DNA of 64,000 nt from a virus (lineage: Duplodnaviria > Caudoviricetes): IMG/VR virus record IMGVR_UViG_3300032282_006037, positions 1-64,000 of that record; one strand, given 5' to 3'. The translations under genes and the position numbers were made by a program. Shown here piece after piece: positions 48,728 to 58,345 of the stretch (within the stretch, counting starts at the first letter, position 1; each line of letters starts with the position of its first letter). The notes below the pieces were generated by a model. That model made no database searches and was not told the origin of the DNA. It saw only the letters and a list, made by a program, of their open reading frames with translations.

Positions 48728-49303
48728 ATGAATCTACAAATTTATAAGCCTAATTCGAAGAATACCGGCTGCGCTATTAGTTTTCAAATTTCCCAAAAGA
48801 ACGATCAAGAGCCTCAGTTTTACGTAAATTGTATTGCACAACATTCTTGGGACGAACAAAAGAAAACAGGTTCTTTTGCAGAGAGCAGGAATAACCCCGC
48901 AAAGACTATCGCTATCAAGTTCAATGAATTTGAGCTTGGTGAAATAATTAACGCTTTTCAAACGAAAGCTAATTATTCTGCTTTTCATTCAAGCGAGTCA
49001 AATAAAACTCAAATCAAGTTTGGCCCATATGAAAAGAAGAAGGGTACTGGTGAATATGCTGTGACTTATACAGCTTATGGTTTATCTTTTATTAGAAACG
49101 GAGCTGATACATTTAAGGTTCCACTTGAGCCTGGAGAAATGGTTCGTTTAGTAGCTTTCATCAATAAGTTTTATTCATTGCTAGACGATACTCGAAAGAT
49201 AGCTCCAAAGGGGGATTATAAGAATCAAGCTTCAAAAGCTCAAGCTCCAGCTTCAGCGCCAGCGAAGATCAATAAAGTTGAAACTGAAGATTCTGAATTC
49301 TAA
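48728..49303 (+). CDS. Putative single-stranded DNA-binding protein
   Basis: Beta-rich core, flexible linker and acidic-aromatic tail ETEDSEF; replication context. Confidence 0.5.
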   Translation: MNLQIYKPNSKNTGCAISFQISQKNDQEPQFYVNCIAQHSWDEQKKTGSFAESRNNPAKTIAIKFNEFELGEIINAFQTKANYSAFHSSESNKTQIKFGPYEKKKGTGEYAVTYTAYGLSFIRNGADTFKVPLEPGEMVRLVAFINKFYSLLDDTRKIAPKGDYKNQASKAQAPASAPAKINKVETEDSEF

Positions 49304-51189
49304 TGCGTAAAAAGAGAATTCTTATTCATAGTAATCATTGCAAAATGTTTACCGGATTCGGTAAGCATAAGAAAAATTTGTTAAAATATTTGTATAACAC
49401 AGGTAAATACGAAATCATTGAATTCAGTAATGGTTATCCGTGGTCTTCTGATGAGTTGCAGTATACTCCTTGGAAAAGCTATGGATCTTTGCCTGATGAT
49501 CCTGAACATCAAAAAGAAATAGCTAACGACGAAAGAAAAAAATCAACTGCTGGTTATGGCGGTGAAATGATTGATCGAGCTATTTATGAATTAAAACCTG
49601 ATATTTATTTAGGCATAGAAGATATTTGGGGATTTAATGGATTTTTTGAAAAGCCTTGGTGGAATAAGATTCATTGTATTATACATACAACACTAGATAG
49701 TTTACCTATTTTGCCAGATGCTGTAAATGCCGCGTCTAAAATAAAAAATTATTTCGTATGGGCAAGTTTTGCAGAAAAAGCTTTACACAAATTAGGTCAT
49801 ACACATGTTAAAACAGTACATGGAACGCTAGATGTTAATAATTTCTATAGACTTCCAGACGATGCTCGTTCAAGACTTAGAAAACATTTTAATCTAGAAA
49901 AAAGTTTCATTATTGGATTTGTATTTAGAAATCAACTAAGAAAATCAGTCCCTAATTTGCTTGATGGATTCAAAATGTTTGATGAAGCAAATCCTTCAGC
50001 AAACGCTAAATTATTATTACATACATTTTGGAATGAAGGTTGGGATATTCATAGACTATTAAAAGAAAAAGATATTCCTCTTAATAAAGTACTTACAACT
50101 TATTATTGCAAAAACTGTTACAATTATCATATCAAGCCATTTCAAGGGCAGATTTTGAAATGCGATTATTGTCAACATCCTAATTCATGTGAAACAACAA
50201 ATATTAAAAGTGGCGTAAATGAACAACAGTTGAATGAGATTTATAACTTAATGGATGTTTATTGCCATCCTTTTACAAGCGGTGGACAAGAAATACCTAT
50301 TCAAGAAGCAAAACTTACTGAACTCATAACGTTAGTAACTAATTATAGTTGTGGTGAAGATTCTTGTAGCTCTGAAAGCGGCGGCTTTGCTTTAGACTGG
50401 GCTGAATACCGAGAACCCGGTACTCAATTTATTAAAGCTTCAACATTACCTACAAGCATTAATGAAAAATTAAAAATGGTATACGAAATGGCTTTTGATG
50501 AAAAAGTATTACTTGGTAAAAAATCACGTAACTATGTAATCAATAAATATAGTATTGAAATCGTAGGAAAATATTTTGAAGATTTATTTGATTCATTTCC
50601 TGAAGTCGAATTTGATTATGAGAAAGCGGATATGACTCCAAATGCATATTTTGAACCTGACAACTCTTTAAATGATAAAGAATGGATTGAGTCATTGTAT
50701 GAAAATCTTTTAAAACGAAAAGATTCGTCTGGTGTTATTCATTGGTTGCAACGCTTGAAGACAGATTTAAAACGGCAAGATGTATTAACTTATTTTAGAA
50801 AAGTCGCATTATCAGAAATACAAAAAGCTGAATTTGAGAAAATGCTCAAAATTGTAAATGAAGACAAAAGTCTTAAGAAAATTGCTTATATTCAACCTGA
50901 TGGAGCTGAAGAAGTCTTGATCGCTACATCAATTCTTCCTTCTATTCAAAAAGTTTATCCTGACCATAAAATTTATTTCTTTACAAAAAGCGAGAATTTT
51001 GATTTAATAAATTCACATCCAAATGTTTATAAAACACTATCATATTTTAATAAATTAGATGATCCTCTTTATCTAGAAGGAAAAGGCAATTTAAATAAAT
51101 ATTTCGATATTGTATTTGCTCCATATTTATCAATTAGAAACAATTATTTTAGAAACGCTCAAGATATTTTAGAGTATCAAACAACATGA
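49303..51189 (+). CDS. Multi-domain glycosyltransferase (GT4 with Zn-ribbon insertion, helical domain and GT9-like C part)
   Basis: TGFG, FRNQLRK, CKNC...CDYC, HPFTSGGQEIPIQEA, WIESLYENLLKR...W. Confidence 0.8.
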   Translation: MRKKRILIHSNHCKMFTGFGKHKKNLLKYLYNTGKYEIIEFSNGYPWSSDELQYTPWKSYGSLPDDPEHQKEIANDERKKSTAGYGGEMIDRAIYELKPDIYLGIEDIWGFNGFFEKPWWNKIHCIIHTTLDSLPILPDAVNAASKIKNYFVWASFAEKALHKLGHTHVKTVHGTLDVNNFYRLPDDARSRLRKHFNLEKSFIIGFVFRNQLRKSVPNLLDGFKMFDEANPSANAKLLLHTFWNEGWDIHRLLKEKDIPLNKVLTTYYCKNCYNYHIKPFQGQILKCDYCQHPNSCETTNIKSGVNEQQLNEIYNLMDVYCHPFTSGGQEIPIQEAKLTELITLVTNYSCGEDSCSSESGGFALDWAEYREPGTQFIKASTLPTSINEKLKMVYEMAFDEKVLLGKKSRNYVINKYSIEIVGKYFEDLFDSFPEVEFDYEKADMTPNAYFEPDNSLNDKEWIESLYENLLKRKDSSGVIHWLQRLKTDLKRQDVLTYFRKVALSEIQKAEFEKMLKIVNEDKSLKKIAYIQPDGAEEVLIATSILPSIQKVYPDHKIYFFTKSENFDLINSHPNVYKTLSYFNKLDDPLYLEGKGNLNKYFDIVFAPYLSIRNNYFRNAQDILEYQTT

Positions 51190-52379
51190 ATTTAGTAGAT
51201 AAAATAGCTTTAGATTGTGGAGTTAAAGTTGGAAAACCTTATATAGACAGGCTATTCATGCCTTTGAAAAATCATGACTTTATAATTTTTGATACAAGAA
51301 GTAAATATTCTCATGGCACATATGATTATTTTGGCGATGTATATGATATTATTCGCGCATATTTAAAACAAAATAATATTGAAACATTTCAAATAGCAAA
51401 TGAAAACTCTCCTCGTTTGCCTTGCGATAAATGTTTTGTAACAATAAATAAGAAGCAAGAAGCTTATCTAATATCAAAAGCTAAGTTAATTATTTCTAAC
51501 GAAAATTATAGTTTATATTTTGCTTCAATACTAAATACTAAATCAATAGGATTATATTCTATTAATAATCCTAAAAATACTCAACCCATCTGGAACAGAG
51601 ATTCGCAAATCGTTTTAGAATCTTCAAGAGATGATAATTTACCTAGTTATGGTCAATTAGCAGAAAGCCCCAAAACAGTTAATCTAATAGATCCATATCA
51701 AATTGCTAGAAATATTTTAAATACCTTAAACATAAAAAATGATTTAGATAAATTTGAATTAGTTCATCTTGGAAAAAATTTCAATCAAAGAATTATTGAA
51801 GTGATACCGGATTTTACAGCTTCCGCAGAAGTATTAAAAGGCGCTTCAATCAATTTAAGATTAGATTACATAGACGATTTAAATCAAAATGTATTTTATT
51901 ATTGGTTAAGCAATAGAAAAGTAAATATTTTAACAAATAAAAATTTAAATATCAAATCATTGTTGCCATTTAAAAATAATATTATTATGATAACAGTTAT
52001 TATGTCAGATAATATTGATGAGACATTTTTAAAACAGTGCAAACAAAATGGTTTTCGCGTCAGGCTTCATTGTCGAGAACCTGAAAAGATCAAAAATTAT
52101 CAATATAAATTTTTTGATTGGAATATCGAAAAAGATTTTAAAACAGAATTAAAACTTAAAGACTTTTCAAATATAAATGAAAAATCTTTTTTTATTAGTT
52201 CAAAAGTATTAATTTCAAAAGGTAAACAATTTTCTTGTCGAGCTAATCAATTGCAAAACAAATTTCTTGACAAAACTCAAGAAACTGTTATCTTCTCTGA
52301 AACGTTTGAAGAAGAGTTAGATTTTTTTAAAATATACAATGAAAGAGAAGAATCAAGTTCCAATTCCTCAACAGCGTAA
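51186..52379 (+). CDS. Putative glycosyltransferase-related protein (GT9-like N half)
   Basis: YDYF..V, QI, QEAYLISKAKL, SIGLYS, VNLIDP. Confidence 0.5.
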   Translation: MNLVDKIALDCGVKVGKPYIDRLFMPLKNHDFIIFDTRSKYSHGTYDYFGDVYDIIRAYLKQNNIETFQIANENSPRLPCDKCFVTINKKQEAYLISKAKLIISNENYSLYFASILNTKSIGLYSINNPKNTQPIWNRDSQIVLESSRDDNLPSYGQLAESPKTVNLIDPYQIARNILNTLNIKNDLDKFELVHLGKNFNQRIIEVIPDFTASAEVLKGASINLRLDYIDDLNQNVFYYWLSNRKVNILTNKNLNIKSLLPFKNNIIMITVIMSDNIDETFLKQCKQNGFRVRLHCREPEKIKNYQYKFFDWNIEKDFKTELKLKDFSNINEKSFFISSKVLISKGKQFSCRANQLQNKFLDKTQETVIFSETFEEELDFFKIYNEREESSSNSSTA

Positions 52380-53088
52380 TGCTTGGGGATTAATTGAAGG
52401 CATTAATTATATTAATAATGAAGATGGCTCTATTAATTGGAGAGCTATGGTTAAGCCTGATCATTTATTTCCTAATAAAGGATGGTTTGAAACAAGAAAG
52501 CAAGTAGTACCAAATAATATTGAAGGATTAGGCGATCATCAACTGTTAATTAAGTTGGCCGGAATTAAAGAAGTAGCAAAGCTTCGTGGTTACAAATCAG
52601 TTAAGTATGATATTATTAAGTGTGAATCTAGTTATGTTGCAGTCAAATGTGGTATAACTTGGATTCCAAATTATGAAAGCCAATATGAAAGCTATTATGA
52701 AGATGTGGCAAATGCTACGGTCAATAACACTACGGATTTTGCTGTCAAATTTCTGGAGACGATTGCAGCTAATCGCGCATTCATTAGGGCTGTAAGAAAC
52801 TTTCTTAACATTCATATTGTTGGTAGCGACGAAATTGATTCGTCTAAAAAAGGAACTCCAGCACTATTCGAAGAAGAAAGTGAAACAGCTTTACCTTCGT
52901 CTCAGAACATGCTAGAAAAAACAGCAAAAGCTCATGGTCTATCTAGCTTTGAAGAGTTTCAAGATTATTTGAGAAAAGCTTGGAAGCTGAATGTTTATCG
53001 TAACGAAGAAACAAAAGTTTGGACTTCATACAGCGATATTCCTGCAAAAGAAGCTAGAATTTTAATGTCTATTATTAAAGATAAATAA
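52339..53088 (+). CDS. Conserved phage protein, possible single-strand annealing protein
   Basis: LIKLAGIKEVA, ANAT..N, TIAANRAFIRAVR.FL.I...DEI, reminiscent of Rad52/Sak-type cores. Confidence 0.45.
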   Translation: MKEKNQVPIPQQRNAWGLIEGINYINNEDGSINWRAMVKPDHLFPNKGWFETRKQVVPNNIEGLGDHQLLIKLAGIKEVAKLRGYKSVKYDIIKCESSYVAVKCGITWIPNYESQYESYYEDVANATVNNTTDFAVKFLETIAANRAFIRAVRNFLNIHIVGSDEIDSSKKGTPALFEEESETALPSSQNMLEKTAKAHGLSSFEEFQDYLRKAWKLNVYRNEETKVWTSYSDIPAKEARILMSIIKDK

Positions 53089-53094
53089 TATAAA

Positions 53095-53535
53095 ATGTAT
53101 AAGCAATATATTTCAATTCCTATTAAGAAGCTTTCTGATAAAGCCACTATTCCTAGTCAAGGCAGTACTGAAGCTGCTGGATATGATCTTTATGCAGCTG
53201 AAAATGCAGTTGTTTATAGCTTGAGCCGAGCATTAATTAAGACAAATATATCAATTGCGATTCCTGAAGGTTATTATGGACGAATTGCTCCACGATCAGG
53301 ATTAGCTTATAAAAATGGAATTGATGTTTTGGCTGGTGTTATTGATTCAGATTATCGCGGTGATATAGGTGTTATTTTATTTAACACAAGCACAACAAAT
53401 GAGTTTCAAGTAAAAGCTGGTGATAGAATAGCTCAAATCATTATAGAAAAATGTCATAATGTTCATTGGGATTCGGAAGAAAATCTAGATCAGACTAAAA
53501 GAGAACAGAAAGGATTCGGCAGCACCGGAGTATGA
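53095..53535 (+). CDS. dut: Trimeric dUTPase
   Basis: AAGYDL, RIAPRSGLA, GVIDSDYRG, GDRIAQ, R..KGFGSTG. Confidence 0.95.
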   Translation: MYKQYISIPIKKLSDKATIPSQGSTEAAGYDLYAAENAVVYSLSRALIKTNISIAIPEGYYGRIAPRSGLAYKNGIDVLAGVIDSDYRGDIGVILFNTSTTNEFQVKAGDRIAQIIIEKCHNVHWDSEENLDQTKREQKGFGSTGV

Positions 53536-53810
53536 ACGCAAAACATATTAAAAAAATTATAGATAAGCAATTTAAGATTGCTGGTATTGATTTAAAATAT
53601 GAAGATGTTTGTAATAATCAGATGCCTGAATGGTATAGAAAATTGACTTGCACTCCAGAACAAAACGAAAAATGGAAGAATTGGACTCTTAAGTATATGA
53701 AAGACAAGCTTAAACTTACAAAAGATAAAGCTTATATTGAAACTTCATGGTTAAATTTAAATTACGGACTAAAAGTAAAAAACAAAAAAAATGAAAATTC
53801 TAAAAAGTAA
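53532..53810 (+). CDS. Hypothetical protein
   Basis: Translationally coupled ORF; WLNLNYGL motif. Confidence 0.7.
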   Translation: MNAKHIKKIIDKQFKIAGIDLKYEDVCNNQMPEWYRKLTCTPEQNEKWKNWTLKYMKDKLKLTKDKAYIETSWLNLNYGLKVKNKKNENSKK

Positions 53811-54753
53811 ATCTATTTATTATGATGACGTAAATTTAATTGCCCAACCTTCAGAAATAATATCTAGATCACATATTGAACGTGAACTTCACAGAATTAT
53901 TGTTTCGCCAATGCAGGCTGTTGTTGGAAAAACATTTGCTAGAACTGCTTATAATTATGGCGTTTCTGTTGCGCTTCATAGATTCTGCAAAATTGATGAA
54001 TTAATTGAAACATTTAAATATGTAAATGAAAGCAACGATCCTAGTAAGGGAAATAAAATTTGGTGTTCTATTGCATTAAACGACTATTTTACTTTTGTAG
54101 CTTTATATCAAAATGGTGCAAGAAACTTTATTATTGATATTGCTAATGGATACTTGAGTTCTGTCGATTCAATGATTAAATGTTTAAATGATGATTATAA
54201 AGGTTCTGAAACTTCAATAATGGTTGGAAATGTACATACTGAACAAGGTCTTAATTTATATAAAAAATATGATAATGTTTGGGTAAGAGTTGGAATTGGT
54301 CAAGGATCAGGCTGTACAACTAAAGATCAAACGGGATACACAAGAGGTCAAATTACTGAAATTAGTGAGTGTTATAATGATAGAATAACTTTCAATAATA
54401 TAATTGCAGATGGGGGAATTAGAAATGGTGGCGACGCAGCTAAAGCTTTTGGTGCTGGTGCTGACTATGTTATGATGGGTGGATATTTTGCTAAAACAAA
54501 TGAAGCACAAAATGTAATTGATGGTGTTTATCAATTCTGGGGTTCGGCAAGTAAAAAACAATTAGAGTTAAGCGGTAAGAAGAGAGACCATGCTGAAGGT
54601 AGAACTTACAACATTGATCAAACACAGATCGAACCTCTTAAAAACAAAATTGATGAATTATGGAGCGCTATTTCTTCTGCTGTTTCTTATTCAGGTTATA
54701 GCAGCTTGAGTGAATTTATAGGAAGAGGAGTTTATGAAATCAAAGAAAGATAA
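53791..54753 (+). CDS. guaC: GMP reductase / IMP dehydrogenase family (no CBS domain)
   Basis: YDDVNLI, SPM, IDIANG, GNV, RVGIGQGSGCTT, IADGGI, ADYVMMGG. Confidence 0.75.
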   Translation: MKILKSKSIYYDDVNLIAQPSEIISRSHIERELHRIIVSPMQAVVGKTFARTAYNYGVSVALHRFCKIDELIETFKYVNESNDPSKGNKIWCSIALNDYFTFVALYQNGARNFIIDIANGYLSSVDSMIKCLNDDYKGSETSIMVGNVHTEQGLNLYKKYDNVWVRVGIGQGSGCTTKDQTGYTRGQITEISECYNDRITFNNIIADGGIRNGGDAAKAFGAGADYVMMGGYFAKTNEAQNVIDGVYQFWGSASKKQLELSGKKRDHAEGRTYNIDQTQIEPLKNKIDELWSAISSAVSYSGYSSLSEFIGRGVYEIKER

Positions 54754-55015
54754 TCTCCTTTTAGATGCGTGTAAAACGCTAGATACTGATTATGTGGATT
54801 ATGGCGGTAAAATAACTCGTTGGGCCGATCCAGATAATAACTATTTAGATTGCAGTTGTGGTTGTAAATTTTTCAATCCATTATATAATAATAAGTATGA
54901 TGGAGCTGATATGGATTTTGGCGTTTGTTTAAATCCAAGAAGTAAAAGATATGGCTTGTTGACATTTGAGCATCAAGCAGGTTTTGGATGCTTTGAAATA
55001 GAAAAAATTAAATAA
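54734..55015 (+). CDS. Small Cys-rich protein (DUF3027-like)
   Basis: DCSCGCKFF..L...FGVCLNPRS...LTFEHQ..GC. Confidence 0.55.
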   Translation: MKSKKDNLLLDACKTLDTDYVDYGGKITRWADPDNNYLDCSCGCKFFNPLYNNKYDGADMDFGVCLNPRSKRYGLLTFEHQAGFGCFEIEKIK

Positions 55016-55022
55016 TTTTAAC

Positions 55023-55096
55023 TGCCCGATGGTGTAACGGTAGCACAGAGCACTTTGGATGCTTTTGTATTGGTTCAAATCCAGTTCGGGCAGCCA
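55023..55096 (+). tRNA. tRNA-Gln(UUG)
   Basis: Acceptor stem TGCCCGA/TCGGGCA with encoded CCA; D-arm GGTGTAACGGTAGCAC; anticodon arm GAGCA-CTTTGGA-TGCTT; T loop TTCAAAT. Confidence 0.93.
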
Positions 55097-55103
55097 CTTT
55101 TAA

Positions 55104-55307
55104 ATGCAAAATAAATTAGAAGAAATCAAAAAAATCGTTCAAGAACTATCTGATGATGTATATAACGTCAATACAGACCAAAAAACTGCATTATTAATTA
55201 AAGAAATCGATCAGCTTGTACAAAAATGTTATACTAAATTATATAATGTTACAGATACAAAATATCAATTAAATCGTGTAACCGATAAACATGGACACTG
55301 CTGTTAA
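55104..55307 (+). CDS. Small hypothetical protein
   Basis: 67-aa helical ORF. Confidence 0.6.
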   Translation: MQNKLEEIKKIVQELSDDVYNVNTDQKTALLIKEIDQLVQKCYTKLYNVTDTKYQLNRVTDKHGHCC

Positions 55308-55315
55308 AAAAAGAA

Positions 55316-56242
55316 ATGAATAAAATAGCATTCATAATTCTAGCAGTCAATCAAAAATATATAGACATTGCTGAGATAACTTGTAAAAAATTATTAGAAT
55401 ATACCGAAGCTGATGTAATTTTATATTATGCCAATGGTAATGTAGAACCATATTGTTCTCATAGACTGCAAAAAATTGATTTGGCTAGTTTTGATTTTGA
55501 TTTTGATTATATTTCATTTTTATCTCCTCTAAAACCTTTCATTGCTAAAGAAACTTTAAAAAAATACGATACTGTAATTAATTTAGATGCCGATATTCAA
55601 GCTTCTCCAAATATAAATCAATATAAAAAATATCTTGATCATCAAGATCCTATATTTACTTCTTATTCAGGAGGAGGCATGTATTTGATTTGGTATAATA
55701 TAGATGGAACTCAAACTATAATAGATTGGGTTCCAGAAATAATAAGAAAACATATACCATACGAAGATGAATATAAAAAAATGCCTGTTTTATTCACAGG
55801 GTTTTACATAGTTAATAAAAGACATGAGTTTTTAATGAATGAGTGGTATGAAAAGACAACAAAAATTTTAAATTTAAAAAATATTGATGAATACAATAGA
55901 CAAAGCCAAGCATGTATACATGAAGAGTCTATATTAAATTCTTTAATCAGAAAATATAAAATAAAAACGCATCTTAATCCGAAATTTATCGTTGTTTGTT
56001 TAATTGAAGGAGTTATGGAGGTTTTTGATATGATAAATAAAAAAATTCCTTGGATTCATTCTGAGTTGATACATGAATATGGAGAAATAAAATTTATATA
56101 TGCGAAACAAAAAATAAATAATAATCAAACCATTGTTCCGCCAAATATAGAAGATCTATGGGGATTTCATACCCTTAAACAAAAACAAGACGTTTACGAA
56201 ACATATCGAATGATAGAAGAGCATTTCAATAAAATTAAATAA
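55316..56242 (+). CDS. Glycosyltransferase (GT-A fold, GT6/GT8-like)
   Basis: KIAFIILAVNQKY, KP, NLDAD (DxD), TGFY, HEESILN. Confidence 0.75.
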   Translation: MNKIAFIILAVNQKYIDIAEITCKKLLEYTEADVILYYANGNVEPYCSHRLQKIDLASFDFDFDYISFLSPLKPFIAKETLKKYDTVINLDADIQASPNINQYKKYLDHQDPIFTSYSGGGMYLIWYNIDGTQTIIDWVPEIIRKHIPYEDEYKKMPVLFTGFYIVNKRHEFLMNEWYEKTTKILNLKNIDEYNRQSQACIHEESILNSLIRKYKIKTHLNPKFIVVCLIEGVMEVFDMINKKIPWIHSELIHEYGEIKFIYAKQKINNNQTIVPPNIEDLWGFHTLKQKQDVYETYRMIEEHFNKIK

Positions 56243-56410
56243 ATGACATTTAAAATTTCAACTCCATGTGTTAGAGTTTGTAAATTATTAAATGATGTTT
56301 GTTATGCTTGTCAAAGAACAAGACAAGAAATAACGAACTGGTCTTTCTATTCTGAAGATAAAAGAAAAGAAATAATGAAGGATATATATGAGCGCAGGAA
56401 AAGGAAGTAA
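56243..56410 (+). CDS. DUF1289-like small Cys protein
   Basis: TPCVRVCKL..DVCYACQRTRQEITNW; not in the ORF track. Confidence 0.8.
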   Translation: MTFKISTPCVRVCKLLNDVCYACQRTRQEITNWSFYSEDKRKEIMKDIYERRKRK

Positions 56411-56519
56411 ACCAAGAAACTGTTTCAGTAAAGATTTTAAAAATAACTACGATTCAATTAACTGGAAAAAGAAGGATAAAGTATGCCCTACGAATATAAA
56501 GCCAGACTTAAAAAAGTAA
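56388..56519 (+). CDS. Small basic phage peptide (MSAGKGSKPR...NYDSINW)
   Basis: 43-aa ORF overlapping both neighbours; motif recurrent in phages. Confidence 0.6.
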   Translation: MSAGKGSKPRNCFSKDFKNNYDSINWKKKDKVCPTNIKPDLKK

Positions 56520-56941
56520 TAGATGGTGACACGATAATCGTAGATATAGATCTAGGATTTAGCATTGTGCTTAGAGATCAAAATATCAGGTTATCTGGAC
56601 TTGATACTCCAGAAAGCAAATCAAAAGATAAAATAGAAAAAACTTTTGCAAATTTAAGTCGAAAAGCTGTTGAAGATTTTATGAAAAACAGCGATAAAGA
56701 AAATTTAATTATTCAGACTTTATATGACAAAGATAACGGAGATAAATTTGGCAGAATTCTAGGTCGTGTTTATAATTCTAATAAAACATGTTTGAATGAT
56801 TGGTTAATCGATAATAGTTTTGCAGTTGCGTATAATGGAGAAAATAAAGAATTAGTTAAGCCTCAACATCTGAAAAATAGAAAAATTTTGATAGACAATA
56901 AAATCGCGCAAATTTCATATGCTGAAGCTGGAATAATTTAG
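56483..56941 (+). CDS. Thermonuclease (SNase-like)
   Basis: KVIDGDTI.VDIDLGF, IRLSGLDTPE, DKFGRILG. Confidence 0.9.
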   Translation: MPYEYKARLKKVIDGDTIIVDIDLGFSIVLRDQNIRLSGLDTPESKSKDKIEKTFANLSRKAVEDFMKNSDKENLIIQTLYDKDNGDKFGRILGRVYNSNKTCLNDWLIDNSFAVAYNGENKELVKPQHLKNRKILIDNKIAQISYAEAGII

Positions 56942-56970
56942 TTATAATAATATAATAAACGTGAAGAATT

Positions 56971-57000
56971 AAAGACAAGATTAATTTCTTGTCTTTTTTT
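56971..57000 (+). terminator. Rho-independent terminator
   Basis: AAAGACAAGA-TTAATT-TCTTGTCTTT followed by a T run. Confidence 0.75.
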
Positions 57001-57008
57001 ATTTTAAA

Positions 57009-57014
57009 GTGTAA
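57009..57014 (+). promoter_or_regulatory. GTGTAW motif
   Basis: GTGTAA 8 nt before ATG 57023, after a terminator. Confidence 0.7.
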
Positions 57015-57022
57015 ATAAATTT

Positions 57023-58312
57023 ATGGCTGAATTATTCGCAACTCAAGCGCCTCAAAACGTAAATTGTACTCTTATTTACGATAAAACAAGAGAGTTTTAT
57101 CGGCCTTTTACAAATTTTGATTTTATTGGTGGACAGGCTGGTGTTGACGCTTTTGGAAGACAAAGAGTATCAAATCCAGAAATGATATTTAACAGCAAAC
57201 AAATATTTGACAATCAATCGATTTATTGGGATGATATACAAGAAAGTGGATCACAAACTGCGAGTACATACGATATAAATAGAGCTTCTTCAACTTTATC
57301 CGTTAGTGCTAATACAGCAGGTAAAAGAACTCGTCAAACATTTATGCGTTTTAATTATCAAGCTGGTAAAGCACAGCTTGTAATGATGACTGGTATTTTG
57401 AAAAGAACTGGCGGTGGAACAGGAATAACAACAAGAATGGGATATTTTGATGATCAAAATGGTATATTTTTACAAAGATCTGGTTCAACTATTAGTTTTG
57501 TATTACGATCATATGTTACAGGTTCAGCTATTGATACAACAGTGACTCAAGCTAATTGGAATATTGATCAAATGCAAGGTAATGGACCTAGCGGAGTTGA
57601 TTTAGATTTTTCTAAAACTCAAATATTAGTTATAGATTTTGAATGGCTAGGTGTTGGCAGAGTAAGATTAGGATTTAATGTAGATGGAGTAACTTATTAT
57701 TGTCATGAATTTTTAAATGCAAATAATAAAGATTCTGTATACATGTCAACTCCTAATTTGCCTTTAAGATATCAGATAGAAAATAATGGAAATGGTGTTG
57801 CTTCATCTATTGAATGTATTTGTTCAAGTGTAATTACTGAAGGAGGAAGAGAAGAAGTTGCTGCAAATGGGTATGTTTCAACCGGTGGTATTTCTGTTAC
57901 TGCAACCAAAAATTTTGTAAATGCCGTTTTAGCAACTCGATTAAAAACAGGATGGATTGGAACAACAATTGATATACTTGATGTTTCTTTAATTACAACA
58001 AGTAATGATAATTATGAGTGGAAATTAATATTAAACCCATCTGGCATAAATGGTCTAACATATACCACAGTCAATAATTCATCGTTAGAATTTGCTATTG
58101 GTCCTAACGCTACTCATGTTTCAGGTGGTTATGTTATAGCAGGAGGTTATGCTCAAGCAAAAACAGACATACAAGCAGAATCATTAAAATCTTTATTAAA
58201 ATTAGGCTCCTCTATTACTGGTTTAAGAGATGTATTAGTATTAGCTTGTGTTCCATTGGGTGCATCTAATTCAGTAGTATATGGTGGTCTAAATTATCGA
58301 GAATTTATTTAA
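57023..58312 (+). CDS. Conserved phage virion-associated beta-sandwich protein
   Basis: DAFGRQRVSNP, RQT..F.YQAGK, IDFEWLGVGRVRLGF, MSTPNLPLRY. Confidence 0.65.
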   Translation: MAELFATQAPQNVNCTLIYDKTREFYRPFTNFDFIGGQAGVDAFGRQRVSNPEMIFNSKQIFDNQSIYWDDIQESGSQTASTYDINRASSTLSVSANTAGKRTRQTFMRFNYQAGKAQLVMMTGILKRTGGGTGITTRMGYFDDQNGIFLQRSGSTISFVLRSYVTGSAIDTTVTQANWNIDQMQGNGPSGVDLDFSKTQILVIDFEWLGVGRVRLGFNVDGVTYYCHEFLNANNKDSVYMSTPNLPLRYQIENNGNGVASSIECICSSVITEGGREEVAANGYVSTGGISVTATKNFVNAVLATRLKTGWIGTTIDILDVSLITTSNDNYEWKLILNPSGINGLTYTTVNNSSLEFAIGPNATHVSGGYVIAGGYAQAKTDIQAESLKSLLKLGSSITGLRDVLVLACVPLGASNSVVYGGLNYREFI

Positions 58313-58331
58313 TCTATTTTATTATTTTTTT

Positions 58332-58337
58332 GTGTAA
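58332..58337 (+). promoter_or_regulatory. GTGTAW motif
   Basis: GTGTAA 8 nt before GTG 58346. Confidence 0.65.
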
Positions 58338-58345
58338 AAGTTTGT

